DNA from: Octopus sinensis
Taxonomy: Eukaryota
DNA: 64,000 nt
Direction of reading: 5' to 3'
Assembly: GCF_006345805.1 (NCBI RefSeq)
Contig: NC_042998.1
Coordinates: forward strand, 141,112,001 to 141,176,000
The notes beneath the pieces were generated by a model. It had not been told where the DNA came from. It saw nothing but the letters and a program-made list of their open reading frames with translations, and ran no database searches. The position numbers and the translations under genes are program-made. Of this stretch, positions 42,153-57,100 are shown piece after piece (the first letter of the stretch is position 1; each line of letters starts with the position of its first letter).

Positions 42153-42220
42153 TTACACTAACAATATAGCATTAATACAACCATCATTTTCGGGATTGTT
42201 TGTTACTTGTGCATATTTAC
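42153..42220 (-). CDS. NSA2: NSA2 exon 10 ([22 protein letters not shown])
   Basis: CAG acceptor, TAA stop at 42153-42155. Confidence 0.95.
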
Positions 42221-45200
42221 CTGCAAGGAAAACAGAAAAAAAAAAAGAAAATTAAAATAAAATATTTTATCACAGTGTAAACATTATTATAATAATTATT
42301 CTGGGTGAAGGATTGGCAGAAGTGTTTAGATGAAGAGAGAAAAAAAAATCATTTGCAGTATTTGTTCCAATCTGGCTGAGGCCAAACTTTGCTTTTCATC
42401 CCTCTAGGACAGTGGTTTGCAAACAGGGTCCCTATGACCTTTGGGGGAAGGGGAGAGCATAAAGATTTTTGGGGATGGGTCCACACAAGTAAAATAATAA
42501 ATTAGGGATCCACAGAAGTATCTTGAGGGCCCCATTGGCTTGACAGGTTTTCTCAAATGTATTATATTGCCAAAAGGTCTCAGTCACTTGTCTTGGTGAG
42601 GCCCAATGTTTGAATGGTATTGTTTACATGCCAGTTACACAACACTGACATTGGCAACAAATTTTGGCACAACGCCAGCAATTTTTTTTTGGGGGGGGGG
42701 GTTGATTACATCAACCCTAGTGCTGAATTGGTATTTATTTTAATATTCCCGAAAAGAAGAAAAAGTAGATCTCAGAGGAATTTGAACACAGAATATAAAG
42801 ACGGATGCTGTTAAGCATTTTGCCCTGTGTGCTAATTATTCAATTTGTGATATTATCATGTCTGTATGGGTGTGGGGAGTGGCAAAGATTGTAATGCTCT
42901 GAGCAGTAATTAACTTTGTTAATGACGCAGTTCAAATTCTGACAGACAGCTTCAACAATGCACTGGTGGTCTGCAGGAAAATATTTACTATATTCAGTTA
43001 AATAGACTACAGCTGCCCCAACACATTATGAGTAAGTGAGTGCGTACAAGTTATATTATGTAATAAAAAATTTATACAGGCTCAAGGGATCACCAAAACC
43101 CAAGTAACAGGGTAGACAGAGACGACAATAACAACAGGACTTTTCAGTTAGTATATAAGGTTGTTTAATGTAAATACCATATAATTCATTTCTATATCAA
43201 TTATAAAAGGTTGCGTATATTTTTTTAACCCTGACAATTTTTCCCCACAGCTTTAAGCAACTGTGAAATGAAAAGCAGACTGAGACAAACAGAATACTAT
43301 GTCCTACCCAGGACAAGTTAAATGGTTGTAATACAGAGTTCAGTTTGTTAAAATATGGTCAGTATGTTATGTTATACAAGATTATTATTATTCCTTCTTG
43401 AGCCCTAGGATTTCTAAGGCAGGTTACACAGTTTCTATGAAAGATAAGTGCCCAAGATCATAACAACCCATGAGTAGAAATCTGGTCTATTGCAAGTGAT
43501 TTTGAAGGGAGATAACAAGTCAATTACACTAACCCCAGTACTTGACTGGTACTTTTTTCTTATCAACTCCAAGGAAATGAAAGGCAAAGTTGATCATGGC
43601 AGGATTTGAGCTCAGAACATAAAAGGCCAGAAGAAATTCCACTTAGCCTTTTGTCCAATGTGCTAATGATTTTGCCAGGTTGCCACATTATACTAGTTTA
43701 TAGGTAGTTGAAATAGTTTTCTAAGTCTACAATGCTGGGTTCAATTCAACCCAATCAGTGTATCCTTAATCATAAAACTACTACACTAACTTTTTGATTA
43801 ACTATAGATTTGTTCCAATTAATTTTTCATTATTAAACTGGTGTGTGGAGCATAAATTAACATGAAATATTTTTAAAGAAAGGCCTTAATTTAAATCACT
43901 TTAAAACAAGTTTGTATCAAAGAATAAGGAGGAATGTCAGGCAGGTTGGTATCATTACATGGGTTAAGACAAAATGCTTGAGGATTCCTAACTCAATGTA
44001 GGAGGAGGGGAGTAACCAAATATTAAATTTACTATTGTAACTATACGAGTAAGCAGATCAAATAATATTTACAAAACTATTGTAATGAAGTGTATTACAA
44101 ACTTACCCCAGATTACTTTACCACCTTGCGTCACTAAACCCAATTCACTTACATTAACCTGAAATAGAATAAAAATTAAGAGAGAGAAAAATATAGGATT
44201 AAGTATTTTTCCTGTATATGTTAAGTCGTCACTCAATGATTAGAGACCACTTTTCAAAGAAAGTTTTGATTTTTTTTTAAATCACAAAAGTTGAGCAACA
44301 AGTGGGTCCTATGTTAATGATAAATATTACAGAATATAAATGAAGGGATTAAAGTTATCTCCCTTAGATTAGAAAGGTCATAACTTCCTTTAAAACAAAT
44401 GTAAAGAGGGGTTCGCAAATCTTGCAGTTTCAGTAACTATAAAAGTAACAAACGGATGTCATAACATGCAAATTCATAACTTGCAGGATGTTATGGCCTC
44501 ATGGTTGAGGTAGGATTTTTATGGTTGGATGCACTCCTTGTTGATAATCTCTTTCTGTTTTTCAGGTAATGGCTCTTTTTTTTTATTCCAGAGGACATCA
44601 AAAATACAGACCTAAGTTTGTTGCAGGCTTGTCACCAGATTTTGGTGCCTAGAGGCCCTTCAGAATATTCTGGGTGGGCACTAATTTGCAACAATGGTAA
44701 AGTGGAGTTTCGAAATAAGTGCATCACTGTAAATCTGAAGGTATACCAGTGAATAGTGAGGGGGCAGTGCTGACCAGTGTAACAGGCATGGTTTGTTGAC
44801 AGAAATACCAACAAATGCCACCAGTTGCAGCCCAGCTACAAATCGAGACGTCACTGGTTTCAGGTTTGGAATTTAAGCAGTGGGTTACCAATAATGTGCT
44901 GTAATATTTCTACCTGACCACAATCAAGTTGAGCTGCTTATTGAGCTAATTTGCATTCAATTACATAGTCTACATTCCATTAATTAATAGCTAAATCATC
45001 ATTGACATCATTGCAACGTCCACTTTTCCATGCCTGCATGGGAGCATGGAGTTTATAATGAGGCAGATTTTCTATGGCTAGATAACCTTTCTGAAACCAA
45101 CCCTCACCTGTTTACAAGCAAGGTAATATTTCCCTGTGGCAAGTCATGTTCTCACAGAATATTGGAAATGAAGGACACTAATTGTATGATAGTAACACTC

Positions 45201-45844
45201 GTCTACAACCAATCACATGATATCAAGACAAAAAGACAGTAAACACACACATATATATATATGATGGCTTTCTTTCAGTTTTTATCTACCACATTCATTC
45301 ACAAAGCTTTGATCAACCTAGGACTACGGTAGAAGACACTTGCCTTAAGACCCAATACCATGTTGTTGGGAATCAAACTTCTTATCACTAAGCCACACAT
45401 GCACCTATTACAATTTTAAACAAAAGCATATGGCCATTGTGCTGTTTGCATTGAAAGGCCTAAGGAAAAACATTACTTTGCATGGAAATAGGAGAGGGTT
45501 GGTGACAAGAAGACCATCCAGCCATGGGAAATCTACCTCAATAAATTTCATCTGATCCTTGCGAGTCAAGCATAGGTAAATGGATATTAAAAAGAAAAAG
45601 AGAGAAAAGCTGCAAAGTGAATATATGAATATTGGCTCCTTACCTCAATAATGGTTCCTTTAGTGATAACTCCTAGAGATGTGTACATGGGTGAACTGGG
45701 ATTCTTCTTTACACTTATGATAGGCAAATGAAATGTAGCTCTCAATTCTGGGTGGGTTACATGAGCTTTCTTGAAACGAAGACCCTGTGAAAGAGATACA
45801 AATATTTATTGTATTAAAGTTAATTTATAACAATTTTATATATA

Positions 45845-45879
<35 letters not shown>

Positions 45880-46458
45880 AGTTCAAATTTACAGAAAACA
45901 AGACAAAGACAGGGGAGGGAACAATAAGCAGGTGTATTAGTTTAGCACTCAGAAAGAATGGAAAAGTCTGATGCTTCAAACCTACGCTCTTCGACAGAAA
46001 GGATTAATAGGAAAAATATGGAGAGAGAAAAAAAATTTGTAGGGATTAAAGGTTCAACATGATGAAAATACATACATACAACAGGTGTGTTTTATATGAT
46101 ATACAGGTGTGAATAATCATATTTAATACGTTTGTATGCACTTGGACATGGAAAGACAATTAGCATCTAAAACTGTTCGAGAGAAGAAAAATTCTCCTTA
46201 CAACAATATATATGAAAAACACGTCACTGGGCCACAGTCCAAGGACATCATTCATGGCTCAGTGGTGTATGCATCCATATTGTCTCTAAAGCTTAATTTT
46301 TTTCTCTCAAGTCAATTTCTGCACCCAGTGCATTCTGTAAAGTGGTTGGCTGTAGAAGCTATGTCAATAAAGACCATGGAACTTGGTGCAGACCCTGGCC
46401 TTGCCATTTCCTGTCAAGCTGTCCAACCCATGCCAGCATGGAAAATGAATGCTAAATG

Positions 46459-46497
<39 letters not shown>

Positions 46498-47152
46498 AAA
46501 GAGTTGCTATTTCAAATGATATAGCATAACAGTTAATCTATGCCTAGAACTCCATGTGTAGCCATGTATACGCACATTCCAATCCAATATTAAACAATTG
46601 GTCTTCTGATTTCCTCCAGGTATTTTTGTGATTATGCAATCATCTAGGTACCACACAACATAATTGTAATTTATGTCATAATATAAAGATATACTAACTC
46701 TCCAGTTATATTCTGCTCTCAGATATGTGTGTGTGTGTTTATATAAACAGCACTCAGTCCTCTCTGTAAAGTGATTGATGTTAGAAAGAGCATCCAGCCC
46801 TAAAACCTATGTCAAAACAGACCGTGTAGCTTTGGATGAGCCTCCCAGTTTGCCAATTCCAGTCAAATCATCGAACTCATGCCAGCATGGAAAACAGATG
46901 CTAAATTATGATGACGATGATGATATATCTTTTATCTGCCTCAGTCATTGTAGTACAGCCATGTTGGGACACTGCCTTGAATGGTTTAGTTTAACAAATT
47001 GACCCAGTACTTTTTTTTTTTACAAAGTCTGATCCTTATTTATTAGTTACTTCAGATGAACTGCTACGTTACAGAAACATAAACAAACCAAGTGAGGTAG
47101 GACAAACACAAAGGCACCACTGTCTGTCTCTTTTCTTTACTTCTCTCTCTCT

Positions 47153-47200
<48 letters not shown>

Positions 47201-48854
47201 TATATATGACGGGCTCCTACAGTGGGAATTAACCCGAAACCATGTGGTTGCAAACGAGCTTCCTAAGTACACGCACGCACATATATAATTGACAGACTTT
47301 AGAGAGCGATTCATGGGGTCAAGAATTTCGTGCATTGGCACTTATCAAAAACTCCAATATTTATCAACACAAAACAAAGTTACATTAATAATAGTTGTGA
47401 TATTTTTTATAAATCCTTCCAATGCTGAGAAGGGAAAAAGTGAGGAACAGAAATTGAATTCAATCTAACAAATGAAACTTTAACAAGGGCACTCAGAGAG
47501 CGCAAACCTCTCAACGATTAGCCGAAGATTTCTAAAATGAGAATATCTGAAATAAACTGGACTGCTCTTACAAACAAGAATACTAAAAATGAACCCGGTA
47601 CCGGAACGATCCCAAAATCTAATCAGTTCGTACCAGTCACGTGGCCAAACATCCCTGAAAGTTTCATCCGAATCTATCCAGCAGTTCTTGAGATATCTTG
47701 TCCACGGATAAACAAACAAACAAACACGACTGGAAACAATACCTCCGCCTTTCGCCTTCGCTAAGGCGGAGGTATTGTTTAAGAAATGGAATGAAGGGAG
47801 GTAATTCAAAAACGGGAGTTAACTTTCGAAGATTTCCTTTAAAATCCATGAGAGTTATCTTCCTTGATATATCAATGTTTACAGTCCCGATTAATATTAA
47901 AATATTTATAAGGTTCTACGAGGATGGCTGAAAAGTTCATAGACTGACTGTGAAGGAGTAGTGCTAGAGATGTGGAATCTTGCACGCATCAATATCAGCT
48001 CTTTTTATTAATAACTGCATTGTTTCTTTCAGGTAAACTGATATCTCACTGTTTAAAGAAGACTCCAAAAGTAACCTGCAGAACATTCATGCTGACATAG
48101 TCACTACATTAGGGGATGGTGCTCGATCAATGCTAAAGTGGGCAGCTGAATTCAGGAAGGGAACGGAGAGTTTTGAAGATGACTTAAGGTCTGGACGCCC
48201 TGCAGCTGCCATGATCGAGGAAAACAACCATCTTCACTACACGGTGATGGATGACAGGCAATTGATTATAAATCAAATAGCCAATGTTATTAGCATATCC
48301 ATTGTGATAGCTGAGAATAGATAGTTGAGAATATTCTGCACAATGAACTTGGCGTGACAAAGGTTTCTGATGAGTGCCTTCTGATATCTGATCAAAAGTG
48401 CACATCACAGAGAAAATCTGACAATGTGTGAGCCAGATCCAGCTGGTTTCCTTGAATGTTTCCTGAGCCAGGAGGAGTGTTGGTTTCATCACTTTGAGTC
48501 AGAAACAAAGAGAATCCATGTAGTGGAAACACCCCTTCTTACCTGCTCCAAAGAAGACTGAGGTCGTTTCATATGCAGGGAAGGTAAAGGTCTCAGCTTT
48601 TGGGAGGCAAAAGGTATTGTGTTATTGACTATCTTCAAAAGGGTCACACCCTCAATGGTAAGTACCATGCGAGTTTGCTGAGACATATATGAAATGTCCA
48701 AGAAAACTCACAAAAGGAACCTTGTTTCATCAGGACACAATGCTCTAGTGCACAAATCCTTGGTTTCAGTAGCTGCTGTGTGTGACTGGTTTTGAACTGA
48801 TTGATCATTCCTCCATATCTTCCTGAGTTGGCCCTACCTGATTATGATCTGCTC

Positions 48855-48889
<35 letters not shown>

Positions 48890-51082
48890 CTCTATTTATT
48901 ATTATTATTTATTAATTATTATTATTCTGATCCCCCTAGTCGCCACTCTGTTTACTATTTTCAGCCTCGCCTCGTTTTTGCATATTCTGTATAATTCACT
49001 AGTTATCGTTATAGATATTTAAGATATATCTCCCTTATAGAAATTGGCTGCCGATTCTTCGCGGGGTTTTTCTCTTCCCCTCTTTTTACATTGTCGTCTG
49101 TCTGGACTCCTCTCTTCCTACCACCCGCCATGGCTATGCATACTAAGCTAGTAAACTGCCTCATTCTTGATTCCGAATTCCTTTGCCAAGTCTGTCCGTA
49201 AACGAAGTGATCTCAAGATAAGAAATCTTTGAACTTTAATTCATCCGCATCTCTATTTATTATTATTATGTATTAATTATTATTATTCTGATCCCCCTAG
49301 TCGCCACTCTGTTTACTATTTTCAGCCTCGCCTCGTTTTTGCATATTCTGTATAATTCACTAGTTATCGTTATTGGCTGCCGATTCTTCGCGGGGTTTTT
49401 CTCTTCCCCTCTTTTTACATTGTCGTCTGTCTGGACTCCTCTCTTCCTACCACCCGCCATGGCTATGCATACTTAAGCTAGTAAACTGCCTCATTCTTGA
49501 TTCCGAATTCCTTTGCCAAGTCTGTCCGTAAACGAAGTGATCTCAAGATAAGAAATCTTTGAACTTTAATTCATCCGTATCTCTATTTATTATTATTATT
49601 TATTAATTATTATTATTCTGATCCCCCTAGTCGCCACTCTGTTTACTATTTTCAGCCTCGCCTCGTTTTTGCATATTCTGTATAATTCACTAGTTATCGT
49701 TATAGATATTTAAGATATATCTCCCTTATAGAAATTGGCTGCCGATTCTTCGCGGGGTTTTTCTCTTCCCCTCTTTTTACATTGTCGTCTGTCTGGACTC
49801 CTCTCTTCCTACCACCCGCCATGGCTATGCATACTTAAGCTAGTAAACTGCCTCATTCTTGATTCCGAATTCCTTTGCCAAGTCTGTCCGTAAACGAAGT
49901 GATCTCAAGATAAGAAATCTTTGAACTTTAATTCATCCGTATCTCTATTTATTATTATTATTTATTAATTATTATTATTCTGATCCCCCTAGTCGCCACT
50001 CTGTTTACTATTTTCAGCCTCGCCTCGTTTTTGCATATTCTGTATAATTCACTAGTTATCGTTATAGATATTTAAGATATATCTCCCTTATAGAAATTGG
50101 CTGCCGATTCTTCGCGGCGCGCCCGCCCTACCCACCCCCACCACCAATACCGGATATCTCTATTTTGCTCCAACTATACCGGATGTCGTTTTCTCCCACC
50201 ACCATTATAGGTGTCTACTCTTTGAACCCCCTCTTCAATACGCTATTTCACCATGCATTACCCCTCTCTCGATATCCTACGTTCTACTTGCCTAGAATCT
50301 GTCCTCTGAACCACCCCTCCCACTGGTACTCCCCTATATTTCTGCACCCCCCCACCACCATTATAGGTGTCTACTCTTTGAACCCCCTCTTCAATACGCT
50401 ATTCACCATGCATTACCCCTCTCTCGATATCCTACGTTCTACTTGCCTAGAACCTGTCCTCTGAACCACCCCTCCCACTGGTGCCCAACCCTCCCACTGG
50501 TGCTCCTCTATATTTCTGCACCCCCCCACCACCATTATAGGTGTCTACTCTTTGAACCCCCTCTTCAATACGCTATTTCACCATGCATTACCCCTCTCTC
50601 GATATCCTACGTTCTACTTGCCTAGAACCTGTCCCCTGAACCACCCCTCCCACTGGTGCTCCCCTATATTTCTGCACCCCCCACCACCATTATAGGTGTC
50701 TACTCTTTGAACCCCCCTCTTCAATACGCTATTTCACCATGCATTACCCCTCTCTCGATATCCTACGTTCTACTTGACTAGTACCTGTCCTCTGAACCAC
50801 CCCTCCCACTGGTGCTCCCCTATATTTCTGCACCCCCCCCCATAAAAAGCACCATCCGAACGTGGCCGATGCCAGACCCCTCTGGCACCTGTGCAGGTGG
50901 CACGTAAAAAACACCCACTACACTCGCGGAGTGGTTGGCGTTAGGAAGGGCATCCAGCTGTAGAACACTGCCAGACTAGACTGGAGCCTGGGGCAGTCCC
51001 GAGCTCCCCAGACCCCGGTCGAAACCGTCCAACCCGTGCTAGCGCGGAAAACGGACGTTAAACGATGATGATGATGATGATG

Positions 51083-51130
<48 letters not shown>

Positions 51131-54100
51131 AAACACTTGGCTGGGAACCAGTATCAGTGATGATGAGGTGATATCTGCTGTTGAAGACTTTTTTGACTAA
51201 CAGGATTAAAGCTTCTTCCCCAATGGGATCCAAAGCACTGTAACACTGATGGAAGAAGTGAGTGAACCACAAGGGGAACTATGTTGAAAAATAAGCTTCA
51301 TTTCATCACAATACATGAAAGTAGCTTGGCCAGCCTGTGAACGTTTCACCTGACCTTCGTATGAATACTATGCTTTCTTGATTTGCAAGGAAAATATTGC
51401 ATGCAAATATTGTTAATTCCATACTTTAGATTATCTGCAGTTAAAAGGGAAACAACAAAACCAATACAAGTGAGAGATATCAATCAATGGGATTTTGTTA
51501 AGACTAATTAGTAGACTCATTAGAGCATTGCATGAAATGTCTTGTGATATTTGACAATTGGTTGAAATCCTGCAAGAAGCCTGTTTGTGTGTGTATGTGT
51601 ATATACATTTATATATGTGAATGTGTGTGTTACTGTTTCCTTGACAGTTGTAAATGAGTTTCCAATCTTCCATGAAAACATATCAGGTTACAGGAAGATA
51701 TGATCTTGCTTAAAAACAGGCGAGGATTGGTAACAGGAAGGGCATTCAGCCAAAGAAAATCCACCTCAACAAATTCTGTACATCCATGCAAAGATGGAAC
51801 AGTGAACATTAAAAAGATGATGATAATGAACTTAAACCACAAAGTAGTTGCAGTAGAGAAGGTGCAAATTAGAATACTTACCATTGGCCGAATAAATCTT
51901 TCAAATTTTGGAGGCTTCCTTGTGAAACCGTCACCAACAAATGTGACTTTTGTTACCATTCGTTTCCAAGCTTTCTCTGTAAAAATAGAAAACAAAGTTC
52001 CATAAGACATTCAGTTCATTTATTACAACTGTCTGCAGAGATACAAACATAGCAGCTGCCTGTGTCTCTAATATACACGTGTATGTGTATGTATGTATAG
52101 ACACACATACATAGGCACAAGGTTCAGTGATTAGAGCGTCAGGCTCACAATCATGAGGTAATGAGTTTGATTCCCAGACCGGGCTGTGTGTTGAGTTCTT
52201 GAGCAAGACATTATTTCACATTGCTCCAGTTCACTCAACTGTAGAAATGAGTTGTGGCATTGCTGGTGCCAAGCTGTATTGGCCTTTCCCTTGGATAACA
52301 TCAGTGGCATGGAGAGGGGAGGTAGGTATGCATACTGCTGGTCTTCCATTAACAACCTTGCATGGACTTGTGGCGAGGGGGATAACTTTCTAGGTGTAAT
52401 GTCACGGTTCTTTCAATTTCTGCCTTTCGCCTGTACTTTTTTGGAAAAGTGAAGTGGTTTGATAAAAAATACCAATACAGAATATTCTGGACCATTGTGT
52501 TTTGAGTTCAAATCCCACCATAGTCTACTCTGGTGGCAGGCAATCTATCATCCAATCTGACACAAGATATGCCTTTAGCCAAGGCCACTTTGTTATAAGT
52601 ATACAAGCCAGGTCCTCCCTCCTCCCACTACACTCAGATATCCTGTAAAGAGTTGTGATCATTGCCTTCCCTCCTGATTATGAAACAAAATGTGGTTTCA
52701 ACCAAACTAGGCAGGCAAAATGTTTAATGTCATTTCATCCATCTTTACATTCGGAGTTCAAATTCCTCCTAGGTCAACTTTGCCTTTCGTTCTTTCAGAG
52801 TTGATAAAATAAGTACCTGTTGAACACTAGGATTGATGTTAACTCACCCTCTCCCTTGAAATTGCTAGCCTTGTGCCAAAATATAAAAGCAATATTTACT
52901 TACTTTGTCTTTTGCCAGTTTTGACTACTTTGAAAACTTCTGTCTCACTCATACCCTTCACTTTGGGGAGAGGCACATTCCATTTACCCTGAAAATAGAA
53001 AACACTACTTTTAGACAGAAACAAACATCAATTTTGCTATGTATACAATGGCAACCAAAATTAATCAACTTGTGTTATTTCTACAATAATTGCACAAAAT
53101 AAATTAAACACTAAGTACAGACTTGCTTTTGGAATATTTCAATTTTCACCAAAACAGTTTTCATGCTTTACACTTTTGTATCAAACTAACACACATATAA
53201 TAGCTACACATAAAGAGGTTACAATAAAGTACCATCCTTTTAGAGTAAGAAATACTAAAGATGCAGAATAGTTCCCAATGGGCTACCATACATCTAACAT
53301 TAAGTTATTGCTTTATGCAACAATCTGTTAATTCATATAATAATTATATTTTAACTTCTATCGAAAGAATACTAATTTTGAAATGAATATATTTATTACC
53401 TTAAACATATTTCTCATATGTATATTTGCAATAAATATATGCTGTTACTTTTCTATATTTTATTAAAAATTACATATTTTTCATTAAGTTGATGTCATGT
53501 TCCAGAAAACAACAAAAAACTTTTCTATAGCATTTCAAGCTATATCAGACAGAACAAACCTTAGAGTTTTTAAAAGATTTAGCAATAAAACTATGATTGG
53601 CTATAAAGACTGTCAATTTAGAATATAAATCTTAGTTACAGGATTGCCTGTTCCAACTATGATGTCATAGAATACCCAAAGCTTAACACAAGTAATGATG
53701 TGTAAATTCACAACCTCAAAAATATGTTGTTCAACATTAACTATTTAGCCACAAATTTGAACTTACATGAAGAGCTCTACTCAAAGCATTAGTCTCACTT
53801 CTGCTCATCAGACAAAAACTTAAATTTGCAAATGTTATAACAACCATATATTTGATGGCAAACAAGATGCATACTAATTTCATATTTGCATATTCATGAA
53901 AAAAAAGTTATTTGTTGACAAGAGAATCTAACAACAGATTATCACACTTCCATATAAGCAACTGCAGATATAACACAAACACACAGAAAGTCTTCTTTCA
54001 ATTTCTGCCAATCAAATCTACTCACAATAGCAAACTGGCAGAATCAGAGCATTTATATTAAAACACGTAATATCATCCTAACTTTACATATAGAAACTGA

Positions 54101-57100
54101 GATCATTTTTTGGAGCAGGAAATGTGCATCTTATATGCCATCAAATACAGTATATATTCTTAAGAAGCACAAAATTATGAACTTAAGCACAAAATTATGA
54201 ACTTAAATAGTTCAAAGCTTTGACCAAATCTCCTAAATTTCACAGTGTGGAAGATGATAACTTACAGCTTTCTCCTTCCGTTTCTGTTTAATCATGTTCG
54301 ACAAAACTTTAGCCCTTGTCTGACCCTCCCTGTCCAACAAATATGCTGGTACGGCTCCTTCTGGGACAGCATCATCAGCCTTCTGTTTTGTTTTCTTCAT
54401 TTCATGCATTCTTATGCTATAAAATACAATAAAGACAATATTTAGCATTACAAATGAGCAAAATACTTCACTAAAAAGAATAACCTAGCTGCTAGTTTCT
54501 CTCTCCAACATTTCTGTACCAGGTCTACATGTCTTAGTTCACCAAGTGCCCTCTGCATTGTCCTGTGGACAAAGCATTACCCCATCTCTACAGATGCCAC
54601 AATAGAGAGCTGACAATTCACAATACCCCAGTGTAGTTTAGAAGTTTACTTCACAATCACACAGTTCCAGGTTCAACTCCACTGTGTGATACCATGAGCA
54701 AGTGTTTTTATATACCACAGTACTGTGCTGACCAAAACTTTGTCAGTGAACAGTGGACAGATACAAGGAATATTAATGCAGTATATGGGAATTGGACAAT
54801 AAGCAGAAGCCAGTGTGAACAGTGGTTCCATAAATTCCGAGCTTGAAACTAAAGCCTAGAAGATGAGCCTCATCCGAGAAGATCTGTATATCCTGCAAAC
54901 TCTGGTGGAACAAAATCCCATCATATCTGTTGAACTAGCAGAGAAGCTTCGATTTCATCAACATCTGCATGCCATCAGAAAAGTCAGTAAATTGGGTCAA
55001 TGGGTTCTTCACTAACTTTCTGAGTCTAATTGTGTTCAGAGAGTGAATGTGTGCTCTTCTTTGCTGTCATGTCTTACGAATGAGCTTTTTTTTTTTTTTG
55101 AACAGAATGATTGGTGTAAAGAAATGGGTTCTCAATAAAAATGTCAAGTACCAAAGACAGTGGGTAGGGAAAGGAGAAACACTGGCACCCCAAGCTAAAG
55201 AAGGTCTTCACCTACATATGGTATTGTTATCTGTTTGCTGAGATATGAAAAGTTTAGTCCACTTCAAACTTTTTAACACAATCCAAATGATAACAAAGGA
55301 GATCTACTGCAAGCAGCTTGAGCGGCCAAAGTCAGCACCAGAAGGAAAATGACCATCTTTGGTTTCAGGATGAAAGGTGGTCTTCCATCAGGATAATGCT
55401 TGGCCACATACAGCAAGGATGACACTCCAAAGGCTGGAGCAGTTTGAATGGGAAGCGATGTGCCACCTACCATATTTGCCAGATATTGCCCCATCTGATT
55501 ATCACTTATTCTGAATTCATTTGGACGGAAAAAATATGAATTTTGTAGATGAGGTCAGAATATACTGGAGGAGTATTTTTCGTCATGAACAAGTGAATTT
55601 TGGAAGAGGTGCTTTGCAGATAGATGGAAGAGCATTGTAGAAAGTGAAGGAGAGTATATTTTAGATTAAAAAAGAACTTTGTTTATCTTAATTTTGGAAA
55701 ATAAAAAAAGCCCCAACATGGCCACAGCCCAATGACAAAGTAGTAAAAGACAAGATTAATAAATGTACAGTAAATGTTGTTGTAAGATTAAAATACATAC
55801 GTCTTTTTCATTTGTATCTTCTCAGCATGTCGTTTCTTGTGATATAATTTGGCCCTGTGAAGAGACAAAATATTAAATAAAATGAGACACAGTTTATTTC
55901 AAAAGAAAGGTAGTTAAACTGAACATATTATTAATGAACTAAAATTATTAACTCTTTAGTATTCATATATCAAATGCAATGCTTATTTATTCACAATGTT
56001 TTGAATTAATCATGCATTATCTTGTAGCCTTGAGATTTCAATGGTATGACTATTTATGTTTAGAATGACATTGTAGGATATGTATGAGAGGCTGAATCTT
56101 GCCTGTTTGAATATAAAGCATGTAGAATATTTGGGCCAGATTTGACTGGTTTAAATGCTAAAGGGTTAATCAAAGAATACATTTACATTAAATGGGAATG
56201 AGCAATAAAGAAACAAGAGATATATTCTTTTGATAACCACAATGGAGTACAGTAGCTGTACTTTAAGGTTTAAAATGCTGAAGTACTGTTGAATATGTGA
56301 TAAGTTCAAACTGTACAACTACACCTCTTATACTGTGCCATTATTCAAGGCACATAAATTTGCCTGCCTCTGACTGAAAAATTTCCTACCTTTTCACTTT
56401 ACTGCTAATGAGCAGTAAGAGGAGACATTGTTCCCCCATCTTTTCCACCAAAAATATCCAAATTTGCAAAAATTCATTTAACCACTTTTAATAACTCATC
56501 TGAAACTGCTTTTATTTATACAATACAAACTTGCTGTTCAGAAGTAATCTAAATTAAAATCTTCCATAAAATTTCATGTTAAATTATGTTCCAAACACCA
56601 GCATAACCTTTTTGATTCCATCTTGCATGAAACTGCCATTGCTTCTATGATACAATTTATCAGTTTTAAAGAGATATAAATTAAAACCGCCTATTAGAAT
56701 TTCATGTTAATTTATGTTCCAAACACCTGCTTAATAATTATCATTTTATTAAATCCTTTATTTTAAAAATTAATTGAAACAAAGTAGTATATTTGAACAA
56801 AGATATGGTAATAAAGGGTTAATAATGACAATTATTTTCTTGTATTAAATATGGTAAAATATATTTTTAGAAAACAAAAAACTGTATTGACTCATAGTGA
56901 ACTGATAGCAACTACCCATTGCCAAAGAAGGTCAACAAAATACAGAAAGTAATACTTACTTCAAACCTCTAAGTTTCTGTGCCTTGTCAGACATAATGTG
57001 AGGCATACGGCCTTCCTTCTTTCGTCTGGAAAAAAGAGGAAAATACAACTGAATAAAACAACATCTACATGAACAGATCTTTTATGAGATAATGATATAA

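Larger units (their letters stand above)
47919..51359 (+). mobile_element. Decayed mariner with both TIRs, split by a ~2.2-kb insertion
   Basis: TA|CGAGGATGGCTGAAAAGTTCATAGACTG ... CAGCCTGTGAACGTTTCACCTGACCTTCG|TA; [22 protein letters not shown]; [13 protein letters not shown] at ~48806-48850; C-terminus ...GNYVEK* resumes at ~51131. Confidence 0.85.
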
